Source: an uncultured Bdellovibrionales bacterium (lineage in GTDB: Bacteria > Patescibacteriota > Minisyncoccia > Moranbacterales > UBA2206). Taken from it: a DNA stretch of 64,000 nt. Shown piece by piece: positions 47,361-57,805 of the stretch. The position numbers were made by a program, and so were the translations under genes. The DNA is taken from the NCBI GenBank assembly GCA_964538685.1, contig CAZIFD010000001.1, positions 116,295-180,294 on the forward strand, written 5' to 3'. Position 1 is the stretch's first letter, and the number at the start of each line of letters is the position of its first letter. Under the pieces are notes generated by a model, which made no database searches, had not been told where the DNA came from, and saw only the letters and a program-made list of their open reading frames with translations.

Positions 47361-47520
47361 TTATTTTACTGGATTCCCGCTTTCGCGGGAATGACAATAA
47401 CTTTAGTTATTTTAATGAATTCTAGTTTTCGCGGGAATGACAATAACTCTGGTTGTTTTACTGGATTCCCGCTTTCGCTCGCTTCGCTGAAGCTTTATTG
47501 AAGCGGGTGGGAATGACAGT
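47361..47520. repeat. Tandem/degenerate array of the dispersed GC-rich palindromic repeat (core ACTGGATTCCCGCTTTCGCGGGAATGACAATAACT)
   Basis: One full copy (47368-47408), one half-copy (TTTCGCGGGAATGACAATAACT) and one copy with about 26 nt inserted into the palindrome (CCCGCTTTCGC[...]GGGTGGGAATGACA). The same core occurs at 12236-12270 and 61046-61077. Confidence 0.65.
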
Positions 47521-47571
47521 GATTGAGGAATTATTTAATTAATATTAGACACGAAAAATTGATTAATTTTT

Positions 47572-49353
47572 CTATTCCAGCTCTTCCTCATTCTCAGTTT
47601 CGGAAAATATTTCTTCCCAACGGTAGCGAACCGGAACACCGGGAGCGCTTTGGGGTTTTCCTTTGGGTTTAAAAACTTGCCGATCGGCGTTGATGGAAGC
47701 TTCTCTGGGAATTAAACGAAAAACAACCAGTGTTCCGAATTGTTTGGTTTCAAAAACATCAAAGTCGTTCATATATTTTCCGGTTTTTGAAGAAAGGTTG
47801 GAAAGAGTGGGATAAATCAAGAAATAATTGCCCTCTCGGTAGATGGTTTTGACATTGCGAAAATCATCTTGGGGGATGTTTCTTTTTTGCAAATGATAAA
47901 GGAAAGAACGACGAAAATAAGCGTCGCTGTTGATGTATGTCGGATAAGCGTTTTCTGCATAAACCTTTTCCATATAATCAACAATCAAGTATTGTTGTTT
48001 GAGAGTAACTCGGTTCTTTTCTTTGAGAATCCGGTCGGGATCAATTTCAAAAGATTGATAAGGAGCATTCGTCAGTTCTTGAAATCTTTTGTAAACCGAC
48101 AATGAATTGGAAAGAAGTAATAATAAAACGATTATTCCAATCAAAACCGCGGTTATTTTTTTATTTTTCATTAAATCTTCAAAAAATTGGAAAATCAATC
48201 CCAAGAAGACGAAAGGTAAGGCTCCAATCAGAAGAAAAAATCGGGGGGCAATGTCATAAGCTACGGGAAAAAATAATCCCAAAGAAACAACAAACCAAAT
48301 CAGGTTAAGCAATAAAAAATCTTTTTGGTGAGTGGGTCTTTTTTTGAATTGTTGAAAGTTTTTGAAAATTAAGATTCCGGCTCCGGAAGTGAAAAAAATG
48401 AGAGCCATAGCGCCAAAAGGCAAGTTTTCCCGGCAAGAAGCGTCGCAAGTGATGTCAAATGAGGTTAGGGAAAGTTGTTTGAACTTGGGAACTTCGGCTT
48501 TTTCCCGACTGCTTATGAGTAGAAAATATCCCAGGGAATTTTCCGAATAATCACGAACAGCTTTTTCAATCAAGGTGTGTTCATCGGTGGATTTTTTAGA
48601 AAAAGCTTTTTGAAATTCTTTGATGTTGTCTCCGCCGGTTTTAATGTCATTTAAAATTACGGGGAAATAAAAAAATAAAACAATTGCGATTGAAGCCAGC
48701 CAATAGCCGATTTTTATTTTTGGTCTTTTCACGATGAGATAAATCACAGCAATTGTCGGCACTGCCATAAAAGCCAAGAAATGGAGCTGAGTGACGATGG
48801 AAAGGGCAACGGCGAAAACCAAGAGCCAAATCCCTTTTCTTTTTTCATCCGGATAACTGATTTTCCGAAGCGCCAAAAAAGCCACCAAGGAGAAAAACGG
48901 AATGTTGTTGGGATTCCAGCCAAAATGGGAATACATAACAAAAAAAAGCGAAGTGGAAAAAAGAAGTGTCAAAAAAAGGGATCGTTTTTTTCCAAAATAA
49001 TCTTTGAGAAAGAAATATAAAACTATAATGGTGAAGCAGGAAAAAACCAAAGAAATTCCCACCATTCCAGGAGGGGTGGCGCCGAAAATCTTGGCGCTTA
49101 GATATTCAAAATAATAAAAAATCGGACCAAGTCGGAGAAAGGATCCGGCCGCTTTGGGACCAAGAAGAGGCAAATTTTCCACTCCTTCTTCCAATGCTAA
49201 GTCAATTACTTTGGCGTCTCGGGACTGATCCAGCTCAAAATGCAAAAAATCATTAAAATGATAGATTCGCAAATAGGCTCCCAAAAGAAAAATTAGCAAT
49301 AGAAAAAAATGGATTTTATACTTGAAAAAGAGTTCCTGAGCTTTATTTTTCAT
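47572..49353 (-). CDS. GT-C glycosyltransferase, PMT/ArnT-like (paralog of 52847..54403)
   Basis: N-terminal region collinear with 52847..54403 (LRIYHFNDFLHFELDQSRDAKVIDL...LGPKAAG...LGPIFYY vs LRLYDFSDLLRFNDDQVRDAIVVEK...LGPKAGG...LGPIFYY), then multiple TM helices and a C-terminal soluble domain. Confidence 0.7.
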   Translation of the reverse strand: MKNKAQELFFKYKIHFFLLLIFLLGAYLRIYHFNDFLHFELDQSRDAKVIDLALEEGVENLPLLGPKAAGSFLRLGPIFYYFEYLSAKIFGATPPGMVGISLVFSCFTIIVLYFFLKDYFGKKRSLFLTLLFSTSLFFVMYSHFGWNPNNIPFFSLVAFLALRKISYPDEKRKGIWLLVFAVALSIVTQLHFLAFMAVPTIAVIYLIVKRPKIKIGYWLASIAIVLFFYFPVILNDIKTGGDNIKEFQKAFSKKSTDEHTLIEKAVRDYSENSLGYFLLISSREKAEVPKFKQLSLTSFDITCDASCRENLPFGAMALIFFTSGAGILIFKNFQQFKKRPTHQKDFLLLNLIWFVVSLGLFFPVAYDIAPRFFLLIGALPFVFLGLIFQFFEDLMKNKKITAVLIGIIVLLLLLSNSLSVYKRFQELTNAPYQSFEIDPDRILKEKNRVTLKQQYLIVDYMEKVYAENAYPTYINSDAYFRRSFLYHLQKRNIPQDDFRNVKTIYREGNYFLIYPTLSNLSSKTGKYMNDFDVFETKQFGTLVVFRLIPREASINADRQVFKPKGKPQSAPGVPVRYRWEEIFSETENEEELE

Positions 49354-49417
49354 TTGTTTTAGGATAAAATTAGATCAATACTCTTTTAATTCTAAAATAT
49401 TTATAATCATTAAGCAA

Positions 49418-51793
49418 ATGGAAAAAATGAAAAAAATTAAAGACTTTTTGGCGGAGTTGGCTAGACCGGAATTTTTGGGATTGGTTGGAATTTCTTTATT
49501 ATCTTTTGTCGGCAGTCTTTTTTTTGTCGGTCGGGAAATATGGGAAATTGATTTTTGGAAGATTCTTGGCTTATCGTCAATTTATGCTCTTTTTGCCTTG
49601 TGTTTCTTGTCGTTTTTTGTTCACCAAGTTTATTTTTTTCGGAAAAACAAATTTGATTTTTTAGTTTTTTCCCGAAGAATTATCGGAACTTTTTTGTTGA
49701 CGGAAATTGTTTGGCTTTGGGGATTTTTTCAATCAAATCATTTCAACTACGCTTTCAAAATGTTAGCCGGATTGTTTGTGATCCTTTTTTGTTTCTATTG
49801 GATTTTCCGATACAAAAAATATTCCAAAATTTCCGATTTAGTGAAAGATTTTTCCGATTCATCGGTTTTGAGTTTTAAAAAAGACCGAGAGTTTCAAGTT
49901 CGTTTTCCTAAAATTTCCCATTGGCCGTTTTTTCGGGAAATTTTCCACTGGTTTTTTTCTCAAGGCTTTTTGGCCTCGCTAGTTCTTCTTTTGGTAATGT
50001 TTTTCAATTTGGGGTTTGGCAGTTATCATCTTTCCAAGTTTGCGGCGGTGGATGAGGCGCTTTGGACCAATGGGCGCATTACCAAATTTTGGAACAATGT
50101 AACGGAACGGGAATGGGAAAAAACCCGAGTTAGCGACAAACCGGGAATCACAGTGGCAATTTTAAGCGGAATCGGTTTGCTTCAGGTTGATCCGAAAGAT
50201 TATGAGCCAAAAAAATGGCAGGGAGAGGTTTTTCCTTCAGAAAAAAATATAGAGGAAATGAATTGGGCGTTTCGTTTTCCGATTTTACTTTTTAATTGTT
50301 TGATGCTTCCGGTTTTCTATATTTTGCTTAAGAAATTGTTGGGCCAAAAAACCGCTCTTTTGGGGTTGATTCTTGTTGGTCTTTCGCCTATTCTTCTTGG
50401 AATTTCAACCATTATTAATCCGGATTCTTTGCTTTGGGTCTTTGTCCCCCTTTCAGTTTTAAGTTATTTTGTTTATCTCAAGGACGGACAGAACAAATAT
50501 CTTTATTTGGCCGGAATTTTTGCCGGACTTTCTATTTTGACCAAATATGTGGCAAACATAGTTTTTGTTTTCTTTTTCGGATTGATCTTTTTGGAATATA
50601 TTTTCCATAATGAAAAATATAAAAAAATCGGATTTTCCCACTATTTCAAAAAAGGATTTTTGGATTATTTGGTGCTGGTTTTCTTTTCCATTTTAGTTTA
50701 TTATCTTCTGTTGCCGGAAGCTTGGGTGCGATTGGAAGTGCTTTTGGAAGGAACGCTTTTTTCCCAGGCTTTTGAAAAAGTTTGGCCGTTGTTTGTGGCG
50801 ATTGTCGCTTTGGTGGTTTTGGATATGCTGGCTTTCAAAAATAAATACAGCGGAATGTTTTTGGATTGGATTGCTCGTTTTAAAAACTATATTTTGGCAA
50901 CAGTCGGATTGGTTTTTGTCGGGTTGATTATTTTAACTTCAGTTAATACTTATTTGGGAATGCGCTGGTATGACTTGGAAGCCGCTTTGGCGTCTCCGAA
51001 ATCTTCTTATGCTGAGAGCGGATTTTTGGGATTTATGTTGGCGAATTTTTATTCCTTAATTTTTGGAATTTCCCCTTTGGCTTTTTTGGCAATGATTTTT
51101 GGTTCACTTTACGCTTCATTTTTCACCAAGAAGAAAGAAAATGTCGCTTGGATAGCTTATTTGATGATTTTTATTTTAATTTACTTTGTGGCTTCAACTG
51201 TCAATCATGTGGCGTCAACTGTGCGCTATCAAATCATTCTTTATCCATTTATCTTAATTTTAGCTGCCTATGGGCTGGGAATAATTGTAAATATTGAAAA
51301 GGTCAAAAAATATATTCAAGTTTGGTCTTTTTGCGGGGTTGTCATTATAATTTCGGTTTACAGCTTGAATTTTATTCGTCCTTTTTATTTCAGTTATGCT
51401 AGTGCTCTTCTTCCCAAAGAATATGTGCTTAATCTCAAAGATATGGGTGATGGTAGTTATGAAGCGGCTGAATATCTCAATTCTTTACCAAATGCCAACG
51501 AGCTGATGGTTTGGTCGGACAAACGAGGAGTTTGTAATTTTTTTGTTGGAAAATGCAAGAGTGGAACTGAACTTAAAAAAGAAGATGACAGGTCTGACTA
51601 TTTCGTAGTGTCGTCCGGACGGGAAAGCCGAACCAGTAAAATGGTGATTTCCAAAGTGGCAAACGGAGACGATTCTTTAATTAGGTTAGACAAGCTGTAT
51701 GGCGATGAAAATCCAGAATGGAAGTTGGAAATTGGCGGTCGGCCGAATAATTTCGTTAAAATAATCAGTCGGGAAAATTTAGCCGAAGAATAA
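49418..51793 (+). CDS. GT-C glycosyltransferase, PMT/ArnT-like, with about 190-aa N-terminal polytopic extension
   Basis: 791 aa. DE motif (AAVDEALWTNG) after an extra N-terminal TM bundle, then a PMT_2-like TM core and a C-terminal soluble domain. Confidence 0.6.
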   Translation: MEKMKKIKDFLAELARPEFLGLVGISLLSFVGSLFFVGREIWEIDFWKILGLSSIYALFALCFLSFFVHQVYFFRKNKFDFLVFSRRIIGTFLLTEIVWLWGFFQSNHFNYAFKMLAGLFVILFCFYWIFRYKKYSKISDLVKDFSDSSVLSFKKDREFQVRFPKISHWPFFREIFHWFFSQGFLASLVLLLVMFFNLGFGSYHLSKFAAVDEALWTNGRITKFWNNVTEREWEKTRVSDKPGITVAILSGIGLLQVDPKDYEPKKWQGEVFPSEKNIEEMNWAFRFPILLFNCLMLPVFYILLKKLLGQKTALLGLILVGLSPILLGISTIINPDSLLWVFVPLSVLSYFVYLKDGQNKYLYLAGIFAGLSILTKYVANIVFVFFFGLIFLEYIFHNEKYKKIGFSHYFKKGFLDYLVLVFFSILVYYLLLPEAWVRLEVLLEGTLFSQAFEKVWPLFVAIVALVVLDMLAFKNKYSGMFLDWIARFKNYILATVGLVFVGLIILTSVNTYLGMRWYDLEAALASPKSSYAESGFLGFMLANFYSLIFGISPLAFLAMIFGSLYASFFTKKKENVAWIAYLMIFILIYFVASTVNHVASTVRYQIILYPFILILAAYGLGIIVNIEKVKKYIQVWSFCGVVIIISVYSLNFIRPFYFSYASALLPKEYVLNLKDMGDGSYEAAEYLNSLPNANELMVWSDKRGVCNFFVGKCKSGTELKKEDDRSDYFVVSSGRESRTSKMVISKVANGDDSLIRLDKLYGDENPEWKLEIGGRPNNFVKIISRENLAEE

Positions 51794-52843
51794 ATGACTA
51801 AAAAAACAAAAATTTTTTTTGCAGTTTCTTTGCTTCTGGGATGTGTGGCGATTGTCGGAGGAAATTATTTTTTGTCGTTTAATCGGAAACAAAAAAAAGA
51901 AAAGGAAATCTTGCTTCAAAAAGAAAAAGATGCTGAATTAAAAATAGGTGTTATAACCGATATTCACGCTTGTGTGGAAGGTTATCCCGATTTAAACCCT
52001 TTTCTTCTCGCTACCAAAGAAGCAAGAACTGATTTTAATGTAAGTTTGGGAGACAATATCAATTTCAGAGTTGGTAATTGTTCCGCTTCTTATCAGGCGG
52101 ATTTATCTTGGGTGACGGAAAAACTCAAATTAGCTGAGCCGTTTCATTGGGTTTTGGGTGACCATGATATTGGGGACGAGAATTCAGTAGTTTTTTGGAA
52201 AGAAAAAACCGGGAAAAACAAAGAGTACTATTCTTTTGATAAAGGAGATTTTCATATTGTCATTCTGGATACGATTTTGGGAGGAGATGAAATGCGATTA
52301 AACTGTTCTTTGGACGAGAAGTGTTTGTTGGCAGAAAATAATTATAAAGAAATCAAAAAAATTTCCAAAAATCCAATTGAAAAAAAGGTTTTTATTGAAA
52401 AAAATAAGTTGGACGAGGTTGGTTTGGAACAGCTTTTGAAAGAAAGATTAGAAGCGTACGAAAAAGAACTGGATGCGGTCAAATGGGTTCGTTCCAGTGG
52501 AAGAAGAGATATCGGCCGAATCGGACAAGCACAACTGGATTGGTTGTTAGCGGATTTGGCGGGATCGCAAAAAAGCAATGTGGTGGTTTTTTCCGATCAT
52601 CCTTTGTTTCATTTCATTTCTCATCGGAAAGAATATAACATTGAAAACGGAGAATCAGTCAGGAAAATTTTGGAATCATCAGGAAAAGAAGTGGTGGCGA
52701 TTTCCGGAGAAGCGCATCTTTGGCACGAGGAAAATTTAAACGGGATTCATTATTTCATTATTGATCGTTTCTCTGGCAATGGAAGTTTTGCTGTTTTTAA
52801 TTGGAACAAAGACGGATTTCGTTTGGAAAAATTTCCCCGTTAA
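51794..52843 (+). CDS. Calcineurin-like metallophosphoesterase, membrane-anchored
   Basis: GVITDIHAC, GDHD, ...GEAH metallophosphatase motifs. N-terminal TM. Start abuts the stop of the upstream GT-C gene. Confidence 0.75.
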   Translation: MTKKTKIFFAVSLLLGCVAIVGGNYFLSFNRKQKKEKEILLQKEKDAELKIGVITDIHACVEGYPDLNPFLLATKEARTDFNVSLGDNINFRVGNCSASYQADLSWVTEKLKLAEPFHWVLGDHDIGDENSVVFWKEKTGKNKEYYSFDKGDFHIVILDTILGGDEMRLNCSLDEKCLLAENNYKEIKKISKNPIEKKVFIEKNKLDEVGLEQLLKERLEAYEKELDAVKWVRSSGRRDIGRIGQAQLDWLLADLAGSQKSNVVVFSDHPLFHFISHRKEYNIENGESVRKILESSGKEVVAISGEAHLWHEENLNGIHYFIIDRFSGNGSFAVFNWNKDGFRLEKFPR

Positions 52844-52846
52844 AAA

Positions 52847-54403
52847 TCAAAAGGCTTGGAAGATTGTGTATTTTCCCAAATCTTTTGAATCTTGGAAAAG
52901 ACTGCTTTCGGGCAGTTTTTTTCTTTTGGATTGAGAAAAGTTTTTCTTGATGATAAAATGACCATCGGGACATTCTTCTTCGGAGCAAGAATGAAGTTTT
53001 ATATTTTCCTTCTTAAGAAGATAGTCAAGAGCGTCTTGATATTCAAAATTAGCCACAAAAACATCTTTGGAATCAGTGTGAGTTGCAATGTATTTTGAAA
53101 TGAGATTTCCGTTTTTCAATTTGAATCCTCCATAGTAACCGCCATATTCATCATCATTTTCCAGTGGTGCGAAATAAACGAAATTAAAAGTTTTTAAATT
53201 GAAAAAAACCAGCGATAAAACAATAAAACCGATAAAAATCATTCCTTTTCGGGAAAATTTTTCTTCAACAAATTTGAAAATTAGCCCCAGAAAAACAAAA
53301 GGAACAGGCAGGATAACCATAAGCATTCGCAATGAAATGGTGTCATCAATGGGAACAAGCGCCAAAAAGAAAAGTCCAAGATACCCCAAAATTATTTGCA
53401 GAAAAAATTTCTTCTGTTTGTCGGATTCTTTTTTCAAATAATAACAAGATAAAATAATTCCTCCCAAAACTACGATCAAACCGAAAGATAAGACTGAAAT
53501 ATTTTTCAAAGTTTTTCCGTCGTCTTTGAGATTGAAAATATCGCATTTGTCGCTGTTTCGGAGAGAAGATAAAACAAAAACATTTCCCTGAACCAAACAT
53601 TCGGCGTTTTTCCAAACCGAAGCCTCACTTCCCTCTTCCGTTTCTATCTTTCCCGAAGCTCCATGAATCAGGGACAAAATATTTTCTCCGCCCGAGCGAA
53701 AGTCATACCAAAAAAGAGGAAAATTAAAAAGCAAAGCGACTAGTCCGGTGAGAATCAAGGCGGATATTTTTTGTTTCCAGTTTCTTTGGAAAAAAAATAG
53801 GAAAAAAATAATGGCTCCGGCTGGCCAAACAACCAGAAGCCAGCCATGCAATTGACTGCCGATTCCAATCAAAGCTCCCAAGGAGGCAATGAGCCACCAA
53901 GGATTTTTATCTTGCTTCAGTTCTTTGATTTTCATAATTAAAAGCAGAAACAAAATCAAGAAAAAAGGAATATCGTTGGGGTTCCAAGCGAAGCGGGAAT
54001 ATTTGATGGCGAAAAATGAAATTGAATAAAGAAAAGAAAGGGTTAGGGCGATTCGTGGTGAAAAAAAATGGCGCATCAAAAGAAAGAAAAGAAGAATGGA
54101 AGCAATAGAAAGAATTGGTGTCGCTAAAGCGATTCCTTGGGGGGAGTTGCCAAAAAGCAAAGCGGAAAAAGCGTGAAGATAATAGAAAATTGGTCCCAAA
54201 TTAAATTTAGTACCTCCGGCTTTGGGTCCGAGAAAAGGCAATTCTTCTCCTGAGGTTATTTTTTCCACTACAATCGCATCACGAACTTGATCGTCGTTGA
54301 ATCTAAGAAGATCGGAAAAGTCATAAAGTCTGAGAAAAGTTCCCAATATCAAAATTAAAAACATCAACGCCAGAATTAAATTTTTTGGTTTTTTCCAATT
54401 CAT
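52847..54403 (-). CDS. GT-C glycosyltransferase, PMT/ArnT-like
   Basis: See paralog 47572..49353. First-loop motif DDQVRDA. Confidence 0.7.
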   Translation of the reverse strand: MNWKKPKNLILALMFLILILGTFLRLYDFSDLLRFNDDQVRDAIVVEKITSGEELPFLGPKAGGTKFNLGPIFYYLHAFSALLFGNSPQGIALATPILSIASILLFFLLMRHFFSPRIALTLSFLYSISFFAIKYSRFAWNPNDIPFFLILFLLLIMKIKELKQDKNPWWLIASLGALIGIGSQLHGWLLVVWPAGAIIFFLFFFQRNWKQKISALILTGLVALLFNFPLFWYDFRSGGENILSLIHGASGKIETEEGSEASVWKNAECLVQGNVFVLSSLRNSDKCDIFNLKDDGKTLKNISVLSFGLIVVLGGIILSCYYLKKESDKQKKFFLQIILGYLGLFFLALVPIDDTISLRMLMVILPVPFVFLGLIFKFVEEKFSRKGMIFIGFIVLSLVFFNLKTFNFVYFAPLENDDEYGGYYGGFKLKNGNLISKYIATHTDSKDVFVANFEYQDALDYLLKKENIKLHSCSEEECPDGHFIIKKNFSQSKRKKLPESSLFQDSKDLGKYTIFQAF

Positions 54404-55362
54404 ATTTTTTTTATTTTTTTATTTTTAAGATAAAGTGGCAACGCAAAAAAACTGATTAACATTTGAACAGTCCGGCTGATAATGGCTACAGTCAGAACTC
54501 CGGCCGGATTGAGTCCGAAAACTCCGAAAAAAGTGATATAAGCCCATTCTTTGAGTCCGATGTTGTTGACACTGATTGGAATGGAAGAAACAATGGAAAT
54601 TAAAAAAACAACCGACAAATAATCCAACAAACCGATTTTTATATCTAAAGCCAAAAAAAGAAGATAATTCAGAAGGGCTACGCCGACAATGGAGAAAAGA
54701 ACGGAATAAGTAATTGACTGGACGACAATTTTTTTGTCCTTGTTGTAGTTTCCCAATTCTCTCAAAAATTCAATGAATTTTTCCGGTGCTATTTTGAAAA
54801 CTATCTTTTTGAGAAACTTTATTTTTCTTATTTGAGGAATAAGAATGTCCGAACCGCAAGACAAAACAAGGATAATGTTAATAACAAAAAGTGTTTCGTC
54901 GGCAATTACTTTTTTCCAGTTGAGCAAACTGAAAAACAACGCCAAAAAAGTGGCGCCAATCAATCCGGTAATGCGATCCATCATTACGGTTGATGCAGCT
55001 TGAGAATATTTTTCATCTTTCTTCCCGATTTCATAAGCTTTGTAAGCGTCTCCGGCGATAAAAGACGGCATAAAATTATTAATGAAAGTGCCGGTGAAAT
55101 ACAGTTTGAAAAAAGTAAAACCGGAAAAATTAAATCCTTTGTATTGAGACAAAATTTTCCATTTGTGGGAAGACAGCCAAAAGCTCAAAAACAATACGCC
55201 GACATAAGCTATCAAATACCAAGGATTGATTTCTTTGACATAAAACAAAACATCCTGCCAGTTGGTGGACCAAACAATCCAAGCTAAAAAAACCGCGCTG
55301 ACGATTATTTTGATGGCAGTTTTTAATTTTTTATTTAGTTTTGGTTTTTTCATAAAATTCAA
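54400..55362 (-). CDS. UPF0104 / LPG-synthase-TM 'flippase-like' membrane protein
   Basis: 8 TM helices, N-terminal Lys-rich segment. Family resemblance to PF03706 is from memory. Overlaps both neighbours, so likely translationally coupled. Confidence 0.55.
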   Translation of the reverse strand: MNFMKKPKLNKKLKTAIKIIVSAVFLAWIVWSTNWQDVLFYVKEINPWYLIAYVGVLFLSFWLSSHKWKILSQYKGFNFSGFTFFKLYFTGTFINNFMPSFIAGDAYKAYEIGKKDEKYSQAASTVMMDRITGLIGATFLALFFSLLNWKKVIADETLFVINIILVLSCGSDILIPQIRKIKFLKKIVFKIAPEKFIEFLRELGNYNKDKKIVVQSITYSVLFSIVGVALLNYLLFLALDIKIGLLDYLSVVFLISIVSSIPISVNNIGLKEWAYITFFGVFGLNPAGVLTVAIISRTVQMLISFFALPLYLKNKKIKKI

Positions 55363-56482
55363 AATATTTTTCAGCCACTTTTTTCCAACTCATCTCTTCG
55401 GCTTTTTGGCGACTTTTTTGAGACATTAATTCTTTCTGTTCGGGATCTTGAATGAGTTTTTCCACTTTTTCGGCAATGTCTCGGGCATCTTTCATTTTGA
55501 CAATAAATCCATTTTCGTTTTCACTGACTAGTTCCCGAGTGCCTCCGGTGTCAGTGGCAATAAGGGGTAGTCCGGAAGCAAGAGCTTCCAACATGGTGTT
55601 AGACATTCCTTCGTTGAGCGACGGCAAGACAAAGACATCTGATGTGGCATAAATCGTAGCTACTTTTTCGTGGGGAACGCGACCCAAAAACTCAATTTTG
55701 TTTTTTAGGGCAAGTTTTTGTGCTTTTTCTTCCAACTCTTTTTTGGCATCCCCTTCTCCGGCTAAAATTAGTTTTATGTCGGGATATTTTTCCGAAAGCA
55801 ATGAAACAGCTTCAATGAGATATTCAATCCCTTTTCTTTGAGTGAGTCTGGATATGCATACTAACCTAAAAATATTGTCTTGGCCGATTTTATTTTTTGG
55901 TTGAAATTCCTGAATATCAACTCCGTTATGAATGACCCCAATCTTTTGATCAGGAGCGGATATTTTTGCCAAATCTTTGAGTCCTTGACTGTTAGCAATA
56001 ACAAAGGAAGATTCTTTCCATATTTTTTTAATAAGCGGAGTGATGATTTTATAAAGAAAAGAAAAGCGTTCGCTGTAGCCCGGAACATCGGCGCCACGCA
56101 AAGAAACAATATAAGGCAAATGATATTTTTTCCAAAATAAAAAAGACAAAAATCCGCAAGGAACAGTAAAAAAAGAATGGGAAAGGTCAAATTTTTTCTT
56201 TTTGAGCAATCGGCGACAAAAAAAGAAAGCTTTCCACGAATAGATTAAAAGATCTTTTTGAGATTGATAATGAAGATTTTCGGAATTTTTTCCAATTGGC
56301 AAACGATGAATGACAATGTTCCCTCTTATTTTTTCTTGGGAATAATTTTTGTCTATGGAAGAAGTTATGAGTTCAATTTCAATTTCAGGAAAGCGGGAAA
56401 ATTCCTCAAAAATATATTGAGTGGCGTTAGCGGCTCCTCCGCCAAGAGGCGGATATTCGTAATTAAGGAAAAGAATTTTCAT
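55331..56482 (-). CDS. Glycosyltransferase family 4 (GT-B)
   Basis: MKILFLNYEYPPLGGGAANAT...EGMSNTMLEALASGLPLIATDTGG. Confidence 0.8.
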   Translation of the reverse strand: MKILFLNYEYPPLGGGAANATQYIFEEFSRFPEIEIELITSSIDKNYSQEKIRGNIVIHRLPIGKNSENLHYQSQKDLLIYSWKAFFFCRRLLKKKKFDLSHSFFTVPCGFLSFLFWKKYHLPYIVSLRGADVPGYSERFSFLYKIITPLIKKIWKESSFVIANSQGLKDLAKISAPDQKIGVIHNGVDIQEFQPKNKIGQDNIFRLVCISRLTQRKGIEYLIEAVSLLSEKYPDIKLILAGEGDAKKELEEKAQKLALKNKIEFLGRVPHEKVATIYATSDVFVLPSLNEGMSNTMLEALASGLPLIATDTGGTRELVSENENGFIVKMKDARDIAEKVEKLIQDPEQKELMSQKSRQKAEEMSWKKVAEKYFEFYEKTKTK

Positions 56483-56493
56483 AAAAAATTAAT

Positions 56494-57801
56494 TTAATTT
56501 CTCCCTACTCCAAAATATTCAAATCCGGCATCTTTCAGAGTTTGCGGGTCATACACATTTCGGAGATCAACAAAAACCGGTTTTTTCATTAATTTTTTAA
56601 TTTTAGACAAATCCAGCGAACGGTATTCATTCCATTCAGTCAGAAGAACAAGGCATTCGGCGTTTTTGGCGACTTCATAGGGGTCGCCCACATATTCAAT
56701 TTCCGGCATCAATTCTTTGGCGACTTTCATTGCTTCAGGATCGTGCGCTTTAACAAGGGCGCCTTTTTCAGAGAGAGCGGTTAAGATTGTGAGAGCGGCT
56801 GCTTCACGCATATCATCAGTTTCCGGCTTGAAAGCCAAACCTAAAATCCCGACAGTTTTTCCTGACTCATTTCCTCCTAAAGCTTTTTTAACTTTCTGGA
56901 CCATCCGAGCTTTCTGGGCACTGTTGACTTCAATGACGGTCTCCACAATGCGACTGGGAGCGCCGTGTTCTTGAGCGATGCGAGTGAGGGCGTGAGTATC
57001 TTTGGGAAAACAAGATCCGCCGTAGCCCGGACCGGGATGCAAAAATTTTGGTCCGATTCTTTTGTCCAGTCCCATTCCTTTGGAAAGAGCGGTAATATCG
57101 GCGTTGATTTCTTCGCACAAATTGGCCATTTCATTAATGAAGCTGATTTTGGTAGCCAGAAAGGCGTTGGAAGCGTATTTGATAAGTTCGGCGGTTTGCG
57201 GATTAGTAACCACCATTGGGGTTTCAATAAGGTAAAGCGGTTTATAAATATCCCGCATCACTTTTTCGGCTTTTTTGGTTTCTACTCCAATAACCACTCG
57301 GTCAGGACGCATAAAATCATCAATTGCAGCTCCTTCTCGCAAAAATTCCGGATTGGAAACTACATCAAATTTGGCTTTCTTGTTGGTTTCTTTGATGATT
57401 CTCTTGACTTGTTTGGCTGTACCGACCGGAACGGTGCTTTTGTCAATAACGGCAGTGTAGTGATTGATGTGGGGCGCAATTTCTCGGGCGGCTTCATAAA
57501 CAAAAGATAAGTCGGCATAGCCGTCGCCACGACGCGAAGTTGGAGTTCCGACAGCAATAAAAACCGCATCCATATCAGTTACGGCTTTTTTGGTTTCAGT
57601 AGTGAAAGAAAGTCTTTTTTCCTTAACATTTTTAGCTACCAACTCGTCAAGTCCGGGTTCGTAGATTGGAATTTTTCCTTTCTCCAAGGCTTCAATTTTT
57701 TTCTTGTCTTTGTCTAAGCAAATCACACTATTGCCAAATTCTGCCAAACAGGTGCCACTGACGAGTCCGACATAACCTGTTCCAATGATGCCGATTTTCA
57801 T
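56494..57801 (-). CDS. ugd: UDP-glucose 6-dehydrogenase
   Basis: GTGYVGLVSG Rossmann, catalytic-Cys GGSCFPKD. 435 aa. Confidence 0.85.
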   Translation of the reverse strand: MKIGIIGTGYVGLVSGTCLAEFGNSVICLDKDKKKIEALEKGKIPIYEPGLDELVAKNVKEKRLSFTTETKKAVTDMDAVFIAVGTPTSRRGDGYADLSFVYEAAREIAPHINHYTAVIDKSTVPVGTAKQVKRIIKETNKKAKFDVVSNPEFLREGAAIDDFMRPDRVVIGVETKKAEKVMRDIYKPLYLIETPMVVTNPQTAELIKYASNAFLATKISFINEMANLCEEINADITALSKGMGLDKRIGPKFLHPGPGYGGSCFPKDTHALTRIAQEHGAPSRIVETVIEVNSAQKARMVQKVKKALGGNESGKTVGILGLAFKPETDDMREAAALTILTALSEKGALVKAHDPEAMKVAKELMPEIEYVGDPYEVAKNAECLVLLTEWNEYRSLDLSKIKKLMKKPVFVDLRNVYDPQTLKDAGFEYFGVGRN

Positions 57802-57805
57802 AAAT

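Noticed and set aside
47361-47520. Possible degenerate CRISPR array (repeat-like units beginning GTTTTACTGG... separated by short unique stretches)
   Set aside because: Units are unequal and partial, including half copies and an insertion inside the palindrome. Spacers are 5-20 nt rather than about 30-40. No cas genes nearby. The same element occurs singly at two other loci. It is better explained as a REP/MITE-like palindromic repeat.
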